Source of the DNA: Candidatus Enterousia sp.
Lineage (GTDB): Bacteria; Pseudomonadota; Alphaproteobacteria; Rs-D84
DNA length: 64,000 nt
Reading direction: 5' to 3'
Assembly (NCBI GenBank): GCA_045613785.1
Contig: JAZLBQ010000004.1
Location: 1 to 64,000, forward strand
The notes under the pieces are model-generated. The model searched no databases, had not been told where the DNA came from, and worked only from the letters and a program-made list of their open reading frames with translations. Shown here one piece after another: positions 17,253 through 27,253 of this stretch (its first letter is position 1; every line of letters starts with the position of its first letter). The translations under genes were made by a program, and so were the position numbers.

Positions 17253-17928
17253 ACTTAGTAATTTCTTCCATAAACTTTTTATGATTTTCAAAGTCTTCTG
17301 GCTTTGGTTCGTATTTTCTGTATGGGAAATCTTGACCTATTTTTGGGTGAGCCAGCATAGCGGCATGTTGTTTTGCAATAATTTCGCTAACATCTGGTGC
17401 GGGTGCTTCGTTGTCCAGTTCTAAAAACACCTTGGCCAGCAATTCCGAGTCAATCAATGCCCCGTGTGCATCAGCACGTGCAGCCAACGAAATGCCATAC
17501 CATTTTGCCAAAGCGTCCAACGTATAACTTTTTGGTCCAAATACACGATTTCTAGCAATAACAATAGAATCCATTTGTTGTTCACGTGGAATTGGTGGCA
17601 GATTCAGCTTTGACAGTTCAAAGTTCACAAAAGGAAAGTCAAAATCAAATCCATTGTGTGCAACGATTGGGCTGTCGCCGATATAGTCCAAGAATTTTTG
17701 AGCGACCTCTGCGAATTTTGGTTTGTCTTCCAAAAAAGCATTAGAGATTTTATGGACCATATAAGAATCAGGCGGGATAATTTTTCCATCTGGATTTATG
17801 TATTCATGAAAAGAATTATCTGTAATTTTACCATCAAGAATTTCCACAGCCCCGATTTCGATACATCGGTCGCCACGCATAAAATCCAAACCAGTTGTTT
17901 CGATGTCAAAGCAAATAATCCGTTTCAT
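17251..17928 (-). CDS. dnaQ: DNA polymerase III epsilon subunit
   Basis: DEDDh motifs DIETTG, AHNGFDFD and HGALID. Confidence 0.93.
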   Translation of the reverse strand: MKRIICFDIETTGLDFMRGDRCIEIGAVEILDGKITDNSFHEYINPDGKIIPPDSYMVHKISNAFLEDKPKFAEVAQKFLDYIGDSPIVAHNGFDFDFPFVNFELSKLNLPPIPREQQMDSIVIARNRVFGPKSYTLDALAKWYGISLAARADAHGALIDSELLAKVFLELDNEAPAPDVSEIIAKQHAAMLAHPKIGQDFPYRKYEPKPEDFENHKKFMEEITK

Positions 17929-17976
17929 AATAATCCTGTCCTTGATAATAATTGTCTGGGGTATTATAATAGAACG

Positions 17977-20046
17977 ATGAATTTAATGCTACAAAATCTT
18001 AACAATGAACAGCGTCTGGCGGTTGAAACAACCGAAGGACCATTGTTGGTGTTGTCTGGTGCTGGCACTGGCAAGACTCGTGTTTTAACGACCAGAATTG
18101 CACATATTCTAAATATGCGCCTTGCCCAACCGTGGCAGGTTTTAGCCCTGACTTTTACGAACAAGGCGGCCAACGAAATGAAATTTCGCCTGGGTGAATT
18201 TTCAAATGGTGATTGGTATTCTGGCGATATTTGGTGTGGGACATTTCATTCGATATGCCTGCGAATTTTACGTGCCAATGCCCAGCGGGTTGGTCTGAAT
18301 CGTGATTTTATTATCTATGGCGAAGACGAACAAAAAACAGTTATAAAATCATTGTTATCATCATCAACAAAAACCCCTGCTGAATACATCGAAGAATTTT
18401 CATCGATAAAGGACAGGGGGCTAATTGCTTATCAGCACAAGGACAAATTATTTAACGCATATAATGCCGAACTTGCACGTCTGAATGCGGTTGATTTTGG
18501 TGATATTATTTTGCGAGTTTTAGATTTGTTTGATAAAAATCCAGATGTTTTGATGCGATATCAAAATCAGTTCAAATATATTCTGGTTGATGAATTCCAA
18601 GACACAAATAACGCCCAAATGGAATTTTTAACAATGTTGACTCGTGGTCTTGAAAATCCGAATATATGTTGTGTTGGTGATGATGACCAGTCTATTTATT
18701 CCTGGCGTGGGGCTGAAATAAAACATATTTTAAATTTTGATAAAACGTTTCCAAATGCTCAGATAATTCGTCTTGAAACAAATTATCGCAGCACTTCGAA
18801 TATTCTGCAGGCAGCAAATTCTTTGATACGTCATAATCAGGGGCGTTTGGGCAAAGATTTGCGTGCGATGGATTCTACCTCAATGGGAGAGCCTGTTTAT
18901 GTTTTGACATTGCCAACCGACCGGGACGAGGCACGAATTATCGCAGATGCAATATTGCGAGATGGCACGAATGAATTTTCTAAATATGCGTTGCTAATTC
19001 GTGCGGGTGGTCTATCTCGTATATTCGAAGAAGAATTTGCTTCACGTGGAATTCCATACCGATTGATTGGTGCGACCAAGTTCTATGACAGAATGGAAAT
19101 TCGTGATGTGATTGCGTATTTGCGTTTACTGGTTTATCCGTTTGACGACATATCATTTTTGCGTGTTATTGGTAAGCCTCGTCGTGGTTTTGGGGACAAG
19201 GCAATTGAACGTTTGCGTGCCTGTGGAACGAACCTGATGGCAGGAATGCGTCATTGTGAATTTGCACCAAAATTGCGTGCAGTGGCAGATGAATTTTTAT
19301 CTGCGTTTGATTTTCCGTGGTATTCGATGCCACCAAAGCAGGCTGCACAAACACTGTTAGAACGGACAGGGTATATGAAGATGTGGTCAGAATCCAAGGA
19401 TTCTGATGCCAAAGAGCGTATATCAAACATCAATGAATTGATTTCGACGGTGATTGCAAAATATGAGACCTTGCCTGAGTTTATCGAGCAAGCGGCTCTA
19501 ATGATGACCGATGATAACGATGCAACAGACAATCCTGCGAATGCCAACACTGTCAGCATAATGACGATTCATGCTGCCAAGGGCTTGGAATTTGACACTG
19601 TGTTTTTGCCTGCTTGGGAAGAGGCCGTCTTTCCCAACGACAAGGCGATAAACGAAGGTGCAATCGAAGAAGAACGTCGTCTGGCCTATGTTGCAATAAC
19701 TCGGGCTCGTCGTCGTTGTGTTATATCAAATTCGATGATGCGTATTGTTTATGGCTCACGCCAGTATAATGCCCCCAGTCGTTTTATATCTGAAATGGAT
19801 AATCGTTATCTTGATTTCCAGGGTGGTGCGGCACCTTCATATTCGGCACATACCTACAACTCTCAACCACGTCCTCAGCCCAAGGACAAGATATCACGAC
19901 CAGCATCAATGCTAGGTAAATTAGTTGTTCATCGTGAATTGGGTAGTGGCGTTGTAATCGAAGACTCTGGTGCAATATTGACCATTGCGTTCAAAAAACG
20001 TGGGATAAAGAAAGTTGCCCGTGAATATATAACTGTTGTTGGATAA
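17977..20046 (+). CDS. uvrD: UvrD/PcrA SF1 DNA helicase
   Basis: GAGTGKT, TFTNKAA, DEFQD, VGDDDQSIY, NYRS, TIHAAKGLEF and EERRLAYVAITRA; start at ATG 17977. Confidence 0.96.
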   Translation: MNLMLQNLNNEQRLAVETTEGPLLVLSGAGTGKTRVLTTRIAHILNMRLAQPWQVLALTFTNKAANEMKFRLGEFSNGDWYSGDIWCGTFHSICLRILRANAQRVGLNRDFIIYGEDEQKTVIKSLLSSSTKTPAEYIEEFSSIKDRGLIAYQHKDKLFNAYNAELARLNAVDFGDIILRVLDLFDKNPDVLMRYQNQFKYILVDEFQDTNNAQMEFLTMLTRGLENPNICCVGDDDQSIYSWRGAEIKHILNFDKTFPNAQIIRLETNYRSTSNILQAANSLIRHNQGRLGKDLRAMDSTSMGEPVYVLTLPTDRDEARIIADAILRDGTNEFSKYALLIRAGGLSRIFEEEFASRGIPYRLIGATKFYDRMEIRDVIAYLRLLVYPFDDISFLRVIGKPRRGFGDKAIERLRACGTNLMAGMRHCEFAPKLRAVADEFLSAFDFPWYSMPPKQAAQTLLERTGYMKMWSESKDSDAKERISNINELISTVIAKYETLPEFIEQAALMMTDDNDATDNPANANTVSIMTIHAAKGLEFDTVFLPAWEEAVFPNDKAINEGAIEEERRLAYVAITRARRRCVISNSMMRIVYGSRQYNAPSRFISEMDNRYLDFQGGAAPSYSAHTYNSQPRPQPKDKISRPASMLGKLVVHRELGSGVVIEDSGAILTIAFKKRGIKKVAREYITVVG

Positions 20047-20111
20047 ACCCTCTTGACCCAGTTGGATAATAATCCTATTATTTGGACGACTAACAACCAA
20101 AAGGGGAAAAG

Positions 20112-20555
20112 ATGAAACGTATATTTATTCTGGGTTTAATTTGTTTTACAACAACCACGGCAAGTGCGGGCTGGTTTTCTGATTTGTTTAAAAAGGAATC
20201 TGAACCTCAGACATTGTCTCAGGCATGTAATATCGATGAAATCACATCTGTTTGTCCTGAAATCATATTGGGTCAGAAAACATTGGTTGAATGTCTGACG
20301 GACAACGTAAAGACAGTTTCACAGAAATGTGTTGATTATGTTAAAAAGGCAGTTTCTGAAAACAATCCTGAAATTGCGACATTAAAAGAACAGATTGCAT
20401 CGACTGCTGGCACAGCGACTGACAGTGTCAAGGCTCAGGCAACAGAGGCAGGAACAGAAATCAAAGAACAAATTTCTGAAAAAATCGACACTGCCAAGAT
20501 AGAGTTGGCAAAAAAATTATTGGAAAGTGCCACCGCCGAAGAAGCAGCAAAATAA
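20112..20555 (+). CDS. Exported protein with a cysteine-rich repeat (Cys_rich_FGFR/GLG1-like)
   Basis: Signal peptide ending ASA; AC..D....VC.....G....+.CL..N...VS..C pattern. Confidence 0.65.
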   Translation: MKRIFILGLICFTTTTASAGWFSDLFKKESEPQTLSQACNIDEITSVCPEIILGQKTLVECLTDNVKTVSQKCVDYVKKAVSENNPEIATLKEQIASTAGTATDSVKAQATEAGTEIKEQISEKIDTAKIELAKKLLESATAEEAAK

Positions 20556-20582
20556 AAATCCGCCAAATGGCGGATTTTTTTT
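20554..20582 (+). terminator. Intrinsic terminator
   Basis: AAAAATCCGCC-AAAT-GGCGGATTTTTTT. Confidence 0.9.
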
Positions 20583-20634
20583 CAAAAGACTGTTAACACA
20601 GATAAAAAATTGTGATATAATTACCACCAAGAGA

Positions 20635-22941
20635 ATGACAAGACTGTTAACGTGTATTTTTGCACTGATAATCGCAGCACCCACGGCCTTTGCGGCTGAC
20701 GGGGCTATTTCACGTGCAATTCCTACGGCGAAAAAGACCGAAAATTCCAGTTCTACAACCGATCGTGGAACGGTTGCTCGTGTTGCGACCCGTCCAACTG
20801 GCCAGGTGCCTGATGTTCAAAATACAGTATCACGTGTTTTTTCCGGGGCAACCCCTGACAAGAAAAAAACAGATACTCCTGTGGACCCTGCACGTGCAAC
20901 AATCATATCCCGTGCGTTAACGTCATCGTCTGACAACGAAGATATTGCACGCAGTAATCTTGAAGCAGCGGTCAATACGGTTGGTCGCAATAAACGTGTA
21001 TCGTCTGCCAGTATCAACAGCAATCCAGCTGTTCGTCGTGCAGGGCTAACACTTCGTCCTTCAACGGCTGAGGTTGGCGGTCGTGCCACAATTGGCGATA
21101 CTGGCCAACAAACTGGCTCAAATATTGACGAGGCTGTGCGTTCTATTCAATCACGTGCTGCTGCAGAAAAAAATCGTGAAACAATCGCCCAGGCAACAGA
21201 ACGTTTGGAACAAACTGCGTCATTAAATAAATCTTGTCAGCAACAGTATAACGAATGCATGGATCAGTTCTGTGCGGTAATCGATGCTAATCAGGGGCGT
21301 TGCTCTTGTTCTTCGAATCTATCCCGTTATACCAAGGTAGAAGAGGCTGTCAAAGAAGCAAACACACAATTAAACGAAGTTGCACAGCGTATTCGTTATG
21401 TTGGATTGTCAGCGGACGAGATTCGTGCCATCATGACCGAGACCGAGGCCGAAGAAGCGCTTAGTGGCACTGTCGATACGTCTGAAAACCGTAATTTACT
21501 TGAAGAAATCGAAGATTTAATTCGTGATCCTGTATCTAATTCGTCTTATTCGTCTGATACATTTTCAACATTTGATATGGATTTAGATTTTTCATCAGAA
21601 ACGGCGGATTTATTTAGTTTGGATTTCTTGAATACCGACAGTGCCAGCAGTTTTTCAAATCTGCGTGGGTCTGACCTTTACAGTGCTGCCAAGAAGCGTT
21701 GCACAACTGTTTTAAATCAGTGCAAAGGTGCTGGTGCAACGGTCGGTCAGATTACAGGAAATTACGACCTTGCAATTGACAAGGATTGCATTGCATATGA
21801 AAAGGGTTTGGTCAAAATGAACGAAACCTTGGTTTCTAATGTTCGCAGTGCAAATCGTATGTTGCAAAAGGCTCGTCTGGCGGTATTGCAAAACAAGAAT
21901 CAATATGATGCCAAGGGTTGCATTTCTGCACTGGAAACATGTATGAAAGATGACATGGTTTGTGGCGACGATTATTTCAAATGTGTTGACCCAACCAAAC
22001 GATATATCGATGAAAACGGCAATGTTGTTCTGGGGCAGAAGATATCAGATATTACCGAATTTATGAAGTCGTATAATAACGCTACGATTGATGCGACGTT
22101 CCTAAGCAATGCATATAATTCCCAGAAAATATCTGATGCCGACTGCAAGAAGCAAGGCTCGAATAATGGCTCATGTGTTGCTAAATATCTGTTGCAGAAA
22201 ATCGGAACCAAGCAGGTTGTAACCGAAGAAGGCTTGTGTCGTGCCGTTTTGGATAAATGTCAGCGTTATACCTATGAAGATAGCGGAAAATACAAATCCT
22301 ACAATGATGTTGTTGTAAATTATGTTCAGCGTGCAATGGTAAACATCAATTCAGCACAACAGAATATAATTTCTGATTATGCATCCAGCTGTATGCTTGA
22401 TATTGCTGCCTGCTATAATCAACAGGTATCGCAATTAAATTCTTGGTCTTCTTCTGCAAATATTAAAAGCATTTATAACGTAATGCGTGGTGCGTGCCGC
22501 AATGTTGCGTTGACCTGTGCATACGCCGTATTTTATAACAGTGAAGTGAAGTTGTGCTATGATGCGGATCAGAATGGTTCTATTAATGATTTAACTGAAT
22601 GCTCTAAAGTTAATCCTGGTGAAGGAACGGGAATGAATCCGCCGACAGATAATCAGTATCTAGAAGGGATTTCTGAAATGTTCTATCAGTCATTGTTGTG
22701 TCCTGAAAATTCTGTTTATCAATCAACCGCTGCAAGTCCAGATTACATAAGCAATGGCAGTGGACAATCAACTGGCTTGTATGTAAATGCACATTGTATG
22801 TGTAAAAACGGTTATGAACCATGGGGTAATTCTTGCGTTGTTCATTGTGCTGTTAATGCAACACGTAATACATATGGAACATGTGAGTGCACTTCTGGCA
22901 TGTCTATGGTAAACGGTGTATGTAAAAATATCACAAACTAA
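20635..22941 (+). CDS. Large secreted Cys-rich protein (paralog of 9505..11715)
   Basis: Signal peptide ending AFA, R/A/T-rich linker, CQQQYNECMDQFC..RCSCS motif, C-terminal EGF-like Cys repeats. Confidence 0.8.
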   Translation: MTRLLTCIFALIIAAPTAFAADGAISRAIPTAKKTENSSSTTDRGTVARVATRPTGQVPDVQNTVSRVFSGATPDKKKTDTPVDPARATIISRALTSSSDNEDIARSNLEAAVNTVGRNKRVSSASINSNPAVRRAGLTLRPSTAEVGGRATIGDTGQQTGSNIDEAVRSIQSRAAAEKNRETIAQATERLEQTASLNKSCQQQYNECMDQFCAVIDANQGRCSCSSNLSRYTKVEEAVKEANTQLNEVAQRIRYVGLSADEIRAIMTETEAEEALSGTVDTSENRNLLEEIEDLIRDPVSNSSYSSDTFSTFDMDLDFSSETADLFSLDFLNTDSASSFSNLRGSDLYSAAKKRCTTVLNQCKGAGATVGQITGNYDLAIDKDCIAYEKGLVKMNETLVSNVRSANRMLQKARLAVLQNKNQYDAKGCISALETCMKDDMVCGDDYFKCVDPTKRYIDENGNVVLGQKISDITEFMKSYNNATIDATFLSNAYNSQKISDADCKKQGSNNGSCVAKYLLQKIGTKQVVTEEGLCRAVLDKCQRYTYEDSGKYKSYNDVVVNYVQRAMVNINSAQQNIISDYASSCMLDIAACYNQQVSQLNSWSSSANIKSIYNVMRGACRNVALTCAYAVFYNSEVKLCYDADQNGSINDLTECSKVNPGEGTGMNPPTDNQYLEGISEMFYQSLLCPENSVYQSTAASPDYISNGSGQSTGLYVNAHCMCKNGYEPWGNSCVVHCAVNATRNTYGTCECTSGMSMVNGVCKNITN

Positions 22942-22946
22942 AAATC

Positions 22947-23013
22947 AAAAGCCTGTCAAATGTTGGCAGGCTTTTTTATTACTTCAAAAAAAATCCCCCG
23001 TTTGGGGGATTTT
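22947..23013. terminator. Two tandem terminators between convergent genes
   Basis: AGCCTGTCAA-ATG-TTGGCAGGCT-TTTTT and AAAAAAAATCCCCC-GTTT-GGGGGATTTT. Confidence 0.85.
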
Positions 23014-23018
23014 ATATT

Positions 23019-25433
23019 TTACAACTGTGCACGAACTTCTTCTACTTCATAGCATTCAACACGGTCGCCTTCTTTTAAATCATTGTATTTATCAAAAGAC
23101 ATACCGAATTCAACACCGCCTGAAACTTCTTTGACTTCGTTCTTTTCACGACGCAGTTGTCCGATTTTTCCGTCATAAATAACAACGTTGTTTCGCAGCA
23201 GTCGAACAAAGGCGTCTTTTTTGATTACACCTTCGGTCATACGGCATCCTGCAACACGAACACCCTTGCCAACTGTAAACAGTGCGATAACATCGGCATA
23301 TCCGATAAATGTTTCACGTTTTTCAGGTGCCAATTTACCAGACAAGATTTCTTTGATTTCGTCTGTAATGCGATAAACCACGCTGTGATATCTGATGTCA
23401 ACACCATTGCCACGTGCCATATCACGGACTGTCGAATCTGCACGGACGTTAAATGCGATAATGACCGCACCAGACGCCGTTGCCAAACGGATATCACCTT
23501 CGGTAATCTGACCAACGCCTGACGACAAGATTTCAACGCCAACCTTGTCTGTGTTGATATCTTTGACCATATCTGAAATCGCCTCAACAGAACCTTGAAC
23601 GTCTGCACGCAAAATAATTGGCAAAATCAGTTTTTTGGATTCGTCACGTTTTGCAAACAGTTCTTCCAGGCTTGAACGTTTAACAGCGTTTGCCTTGTCT
23701 TTTGCTTTTTGTGTTCTGTATGCAGCAACTTCACGGGTTTGTGCTTCGGTTTCCATAACACGCAATTCGTCCCCAGCCCCTGGCACAGTATTCAATCCCA
23801 ACACAACTGCTGGCTGACCAGGTTTAACAGACTTTACACGTTCGCCAGCCGAATTTATCAAACCACGAACACGACCAAAAGTTTCGCCAACAACAAACAC
23901 GTCGCCGATTTTCAGTGTTCCTTGACGCATTAAAACAGTTGCAACAGCACCCAAGCCTTTTTCTTGTTTTGCTTCTACAACGTATGCGACAGCTGGCATT
24001 TCTGGGTCTGCTTTTAATTCCATCATTTCTGCCTGCAACAAAATAGCTTCTTCCAGTTTGTCCAACCCGATTTTTTTAGTAGCAGAAATTTCAACGCATT
24101 GGATATCGCCGCCCATTTCTTCGACCTGAACTTCTTGTTGCAACAGATCAGTTTTTACACGCATTGGGTTTGCTTCTGGCAAGTCGATTTTATTGATAGC
24201 AACGATGAAAGGCACATTTGCTGCACGAATATGATTTATCGCTTCGATTGTCTGTGGCATAATAGAATCGTTTGCTGCCACAACCAAGACAACGATGTCA
24301 GCCATCTGTGCACCACGTGCACGCATTGCTGTAAATGTTTCATGTCCTGGGGTGTCCAAGAAAGTGATCATTTCCCCAGACTTTGTTTTTACTTCATACG
24401 AAGAAACGTGCTGTGTAATACCACCGGCTTCACCTGCGGCAACATTTGCGTTTCTAAAAGCGTCCAATAATGATGTTTTACCATGGTCAACGTGTCCCAC
24501 AACAGTAACGACTGGTGCACGTGGTGCTAACTTTTCTGGATTTGGTTCACGTTCCAGAATGTCAGCATATGGTTTCATTTCAACACGTTTAACTGTTGCA
24601 CCAAATTCGGTTGCAATCAGTTCAGCAGTGTCTGCATCAATAGACTGATTTACGGAAACCATCATACCCATTTCCATCAGTTTTTTGATAACATTACCAA
24701 CTTTTTCTGCCATTGCCGCTGCCAAGTCTTTGACAGTAATCGTATCTCCTAACGAGACAACATGTTCTACTTTTTGTGGGGCAGAAAATACGGCTCTTGC
24801 TTTTTCACGGAAACGCTTTAACGAAGCTTCACTGCGACGACGGTTTGCACCACGCAGACCGATTTCATCATCGTCATCACCGCCACCCATAACAATATCG
24901 TTCAGGTGGATTTTTCCAGACTTTTTGAAATCTTTTTTAGAATTGTTAAATTTGTTAGTCCGTCCTTCGTCGTCGTCCGAATTGCGGTTCTTTTTACCTG
25001 TGCTAGGCGTTGCATTATTTGTAAATACCTTTGGCTGTTGCACAGGTTTAGGATTTTTTACAACAGGTTTTTCTTCGACAGCGGGCTCGGTTTTTTCGGC
25101 AACATTGACATTTTCACGTTCTGCCAGCTGTGTTTTTACCCGTTCGTATTCACGTGTTTCACGTTCGATTTCTGCCTCACGTGCTTTGCGTGCGGCTTCT
25201 TCTTCTGCTTCACGTTTTTTACGTTCTTCTTCACGTGCCTTGGCTGCAGCCAGCACTGCTCTAAGTTTTTCATCAGCAGCATTATGCTGTGGTGCTGGTG
25301 CGGCAGGTTCATCACGCAGTTCTTTGCTGTTTGGTGCAACAACACGCCGACGACGTTCGACGAATACAGCTTCGCCTTTTTTATTGCGAACTGCATCAGT
25401 TGTCACAGATTTTCCAAGTGTCAATGTTGCCAT
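23019..25433 (-). CDS. infB: Translation initiation factor IF-2
   Basis: [19 protein letters not shown] and NKID; C-terminal IF2 domains. Confidence 0.98.
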   Translation of the reverse strand: MATLTLGKSVTTDAVRNKKGEAVFVERRRRVVAPNSKELRDEPAAPAPQHNAADEKLRAVLAAAKAREEERKKREAEEEAARKAREAEIERETREYERVKTQLAERENVNVAEKTEPAVEEKPVVKNPKPVQQPKVFTNNATPSTGKKNRNSDDDEGRTNKFNNSKKDFKKSGKIHLNDIVMGGGDDDDEIGLRGANRRRSEASLKRFREKARAVFSAPQKVEHVVSLGDTITVKDLAAAMAEKVGNVIKKLMEMGMMVSVNQSIDADTAELIATEFGATVKRVEMKPYADILEREPNPEKLAPRAPVVTVVGHVDHGKTSLLDAFRNANVAAGEAGGITQHVSSYEVKTKSGEMITFLDTPGHETFTAMRARGAQMADIVVLVVAANDSIMPQTIEAINHIRAANVPFIVAINKIDLPEANPMRVKTDLLQQEVQVEEMGGDIQCVEISATKKIGLDKLEEAILLQAEMMELKADPEMPAVAYVVEAKQEKGLGAVATVLMRQGTLKIGDVFVVGETFGRVRGLINSAGERVKSVKPGQPAVVLGLNTVPGAGDELRVMETEAQTREVAAYRTQKAKDKANAVKRSSLEELFAKRDESKKLILPIILRADVQGSVEAISDMVKDINTDKVGVEILSSGVGQITEGDIRLATASGAVIIAFNVRADSTVRDMARGNGVDIRYHSVVYRITDEIKEILSGKLAPEKRETFIGYADVIALFTVGKGVRVAGCRMTEGVIKKDAFVRLLRNNVVIYDGKIGQLRREKNEVKEVSGGVEFGMSFDKYNDLKEGDRVECYEVEEVRAQL

Positions 25434-25457
25434 ATTATACCGACTCCGTTTTAAATA

Positions 25458-27068
25458 TTATTCATTATCCTGTTTGATATCGTATGCGATTTCACGTGCC
25501 TTCATAATAACACGAGACGCCAAACGATTAGACATTGTATCTTCGCCCAAGATTTCAACTAGTTCATCAGTTGCCAGGTCTGCCAAATCTTCCAGAGATT
25601 TGATACCTGCATTACCCAGTTTCATAATTGTTGGACGTTTGATGAAATCGAATTTCAACAAATCATCGCTCATACCCAAATTATGTCCCTGATCCAGATA
25701 GTCTTGTTCAACCTTGGCCAGATAGTCTTTTGCACGTTTTTGCAATTCTGCTGCCAATTCTGGGTTAAATCCTTCGATTTCTTCCAGTTCAGCCGCATCG
25801 ACGTATGCAATTTCTTCGATTGTGCGGAAGCCTTCTGTAATCAACAACTGTGCAATCATTTCGTCAACGTCCAAACCACTGATAAACAGTTCTGTTTTTT
25901 CTTTGAATTCTTTTGCACGTTTTTCTTGTTCTTCGGCTTCGTTCATAACATCGATATTCCAGCCTGTCAACTGAGAAGCCAAACGAACATTCTGTCCACG
26001 GCGACCGATTGCCAAAGACTGTTGGTCATCATTTACAACGACGACTGCACGGCGAGTATCTTCATCAACGATAATCTTTGCGACCTTAGCAGGGTGCATT
26101 GCGTTAACGATATATGCTGCTGGGTCTTCGGAATATGGGATATCGTCAATTTTTTCGCCATGACATTCATCGATAACTTCCTGAATGCGAGTTCCCTTCA
26201 TACCGACTGTCATACCAACTGCGTCCAAAGAAGGATCAGTTGTTTCAACAGCGATTTTAGCGTGTGAACCTGGTGCACGTGCTACAGATTTGATTTTAAT
26301 CAATCCTTCATAGATTTCAGGCACTTCTTGTGCGAACAGTTTTTCCATAAACATTGGGTGTGTTCTGGTCAAGAAGATTTGTGGACCTGTATTAGAACGA
26401 ACAACGTCTAATACCAACACACGAATAGTGTTATCTTTCACACGTCTTGTTTTATCGTTTTTATCGACTGGTTTTGGGTTCAACAGTTCATTGACTTCTG
26501 CTGGTATAATTTCGCTATTTTTCAGATAACCTTCTGCACGGAATTTACCACGATTAGAAGGGTCTTCGTCGATACCAACGATAACATTACCAAATTCAGA
26601 GCGAATAACCTTTACGTTCAAGATTTCGCCAATTTTATCTTTATATTCTTCGTATTCACGTTCTTTTGCTGCATCACGAACACGTGCAGTCATAATCTGC
26701 TTTGCGGTCTGGAACGCCATACGGCCAAATTCAGGTTCTGGCAATGCGTCTTCTACAACGTCGCCTACCTGTGGTTTGTCTGCGTATTTCTTAGCCTGTG
26801 CGACTGTCAGCATAGTGTTTGGATTATAATCATCGCCCATTGCGTCAGGGGAATCGATAACGTCGAACAAGCGTTTGACGTGGATTGTTCCGTTTTTACG
26901 GTCAATTGCCGCAGTAATATTAAATTCTTCGCCATATTTGTGTTTTGCAATTTTTGCGATTGCAGATTCCAGCGATTCAAACACGATGTCACGGTCAATC
27001 TGTTTGTCCCGTGCCAAAGATTCGATAGCCAACAACAAGTCTTGACGAGGCATTGATGCAAAAGACAT
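25458..27068 (-). CDS. nusA: Transcription termination/antitermination factor NusA
   Basis: FGR...QTAKQ, EVPEIYEG, ARAPG and SLAIGRRGQNVRLASQLTGWNID; acidic C-terminal repeats; RBS AGGAG. Confidence 0.97.
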   Translation of the reverse strand: MSFASMPRQDLLLAIESLARDKQIDRDIVFESLESAIAKIAKHKYGEEFNITAAIDRKNGTIHVKRLFDVIDSPDAMGDDYNPNTMLTVAQAKKYADKPQVGDVVEDALPEPEFGRMAFQTAKQIMTARVRDAAKEREYEEYKDKIGEILNVKVIRSEFGNVIVGIDEDPSNRGKFRAEGYLKNSEIIPAEVNELLNPKPVDKNDKTRRVKDNTIRVLVLDVVRSNTGPQIFLTRTHPMFMEKLFAQEVPEIYEGLIKIKSVARAPGSHAKIAVETTDPSLDAVGMTVGMKGTRIQEVIDECHGEKIDDIPYSEDPAAYIVNAMHPAKVAKIIVDEDTRRAVVVVNDDQQSLAIGRRGQNVRLASQLTGWNIDVMNEAEEQEKRAKEFKEKTELFISGLDVDEMIAQLLITEGFRTIEEIAYVDAAELEEIEGFNPELAAELQKRAKDYLAKVEQDYLDQGHNLGMSDDLLKFDFIKRPTIMKLGNAGIKSLEDLADLATDELVEILGEDTMSNRLASRVIMKAREIAYDIKQDNE

Positions 27069-27104
27069 CTATATTCTCCTTTTGGTTTATTACCTATGTC
27101 TTAT

Positions 27105-27189
27105 TGAAAGAGCGGGGTTTTTCTGACCCCGCCCCTAAAAAACTATTTAAGAACACCATATATTATAAAGACGAATCGTTAAAACGCAA
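27105..27189 (-). promoter_or_regulatory. nusA promoter and leader hairpin (candidate attenuator)
   Basis: -35 TTGCGT (27189-27184), 17 bp spacer, -10 TATAAT (27166-27161); leader GCGGGG-N9-CCCCGC-TCTTTC. Confidence 0.6.
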
Positions 27190-27253
27190 GGAAAAAACAA
27201 TAAATTATAAATTTGTGGCGGACATAAAAAAATTTAATTATAATCGGCACACT

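Noticed and set aside
17656-17976. N-terminal extension of UvrD
   Set aside because: It is an antisense shadow of dnaQ; helicase homology begins at ATG 17977, just after a -10 box.
24685-25692. 335-aa plus-strand ORF and similar antisense ORFs over ppdK, gyrA, pnp and the RND gene
   Set aside because: They mirror biased codon usage in the real genes and show no RBS or protein motifs.
27053-27253. Extended N-termini of lpxD (also ptb 5590, ppdK 6533, 20527, gyrA 44201)
   Set aside because: The extensions translate promoters or terminators; downstream ATGs fit the family starts.
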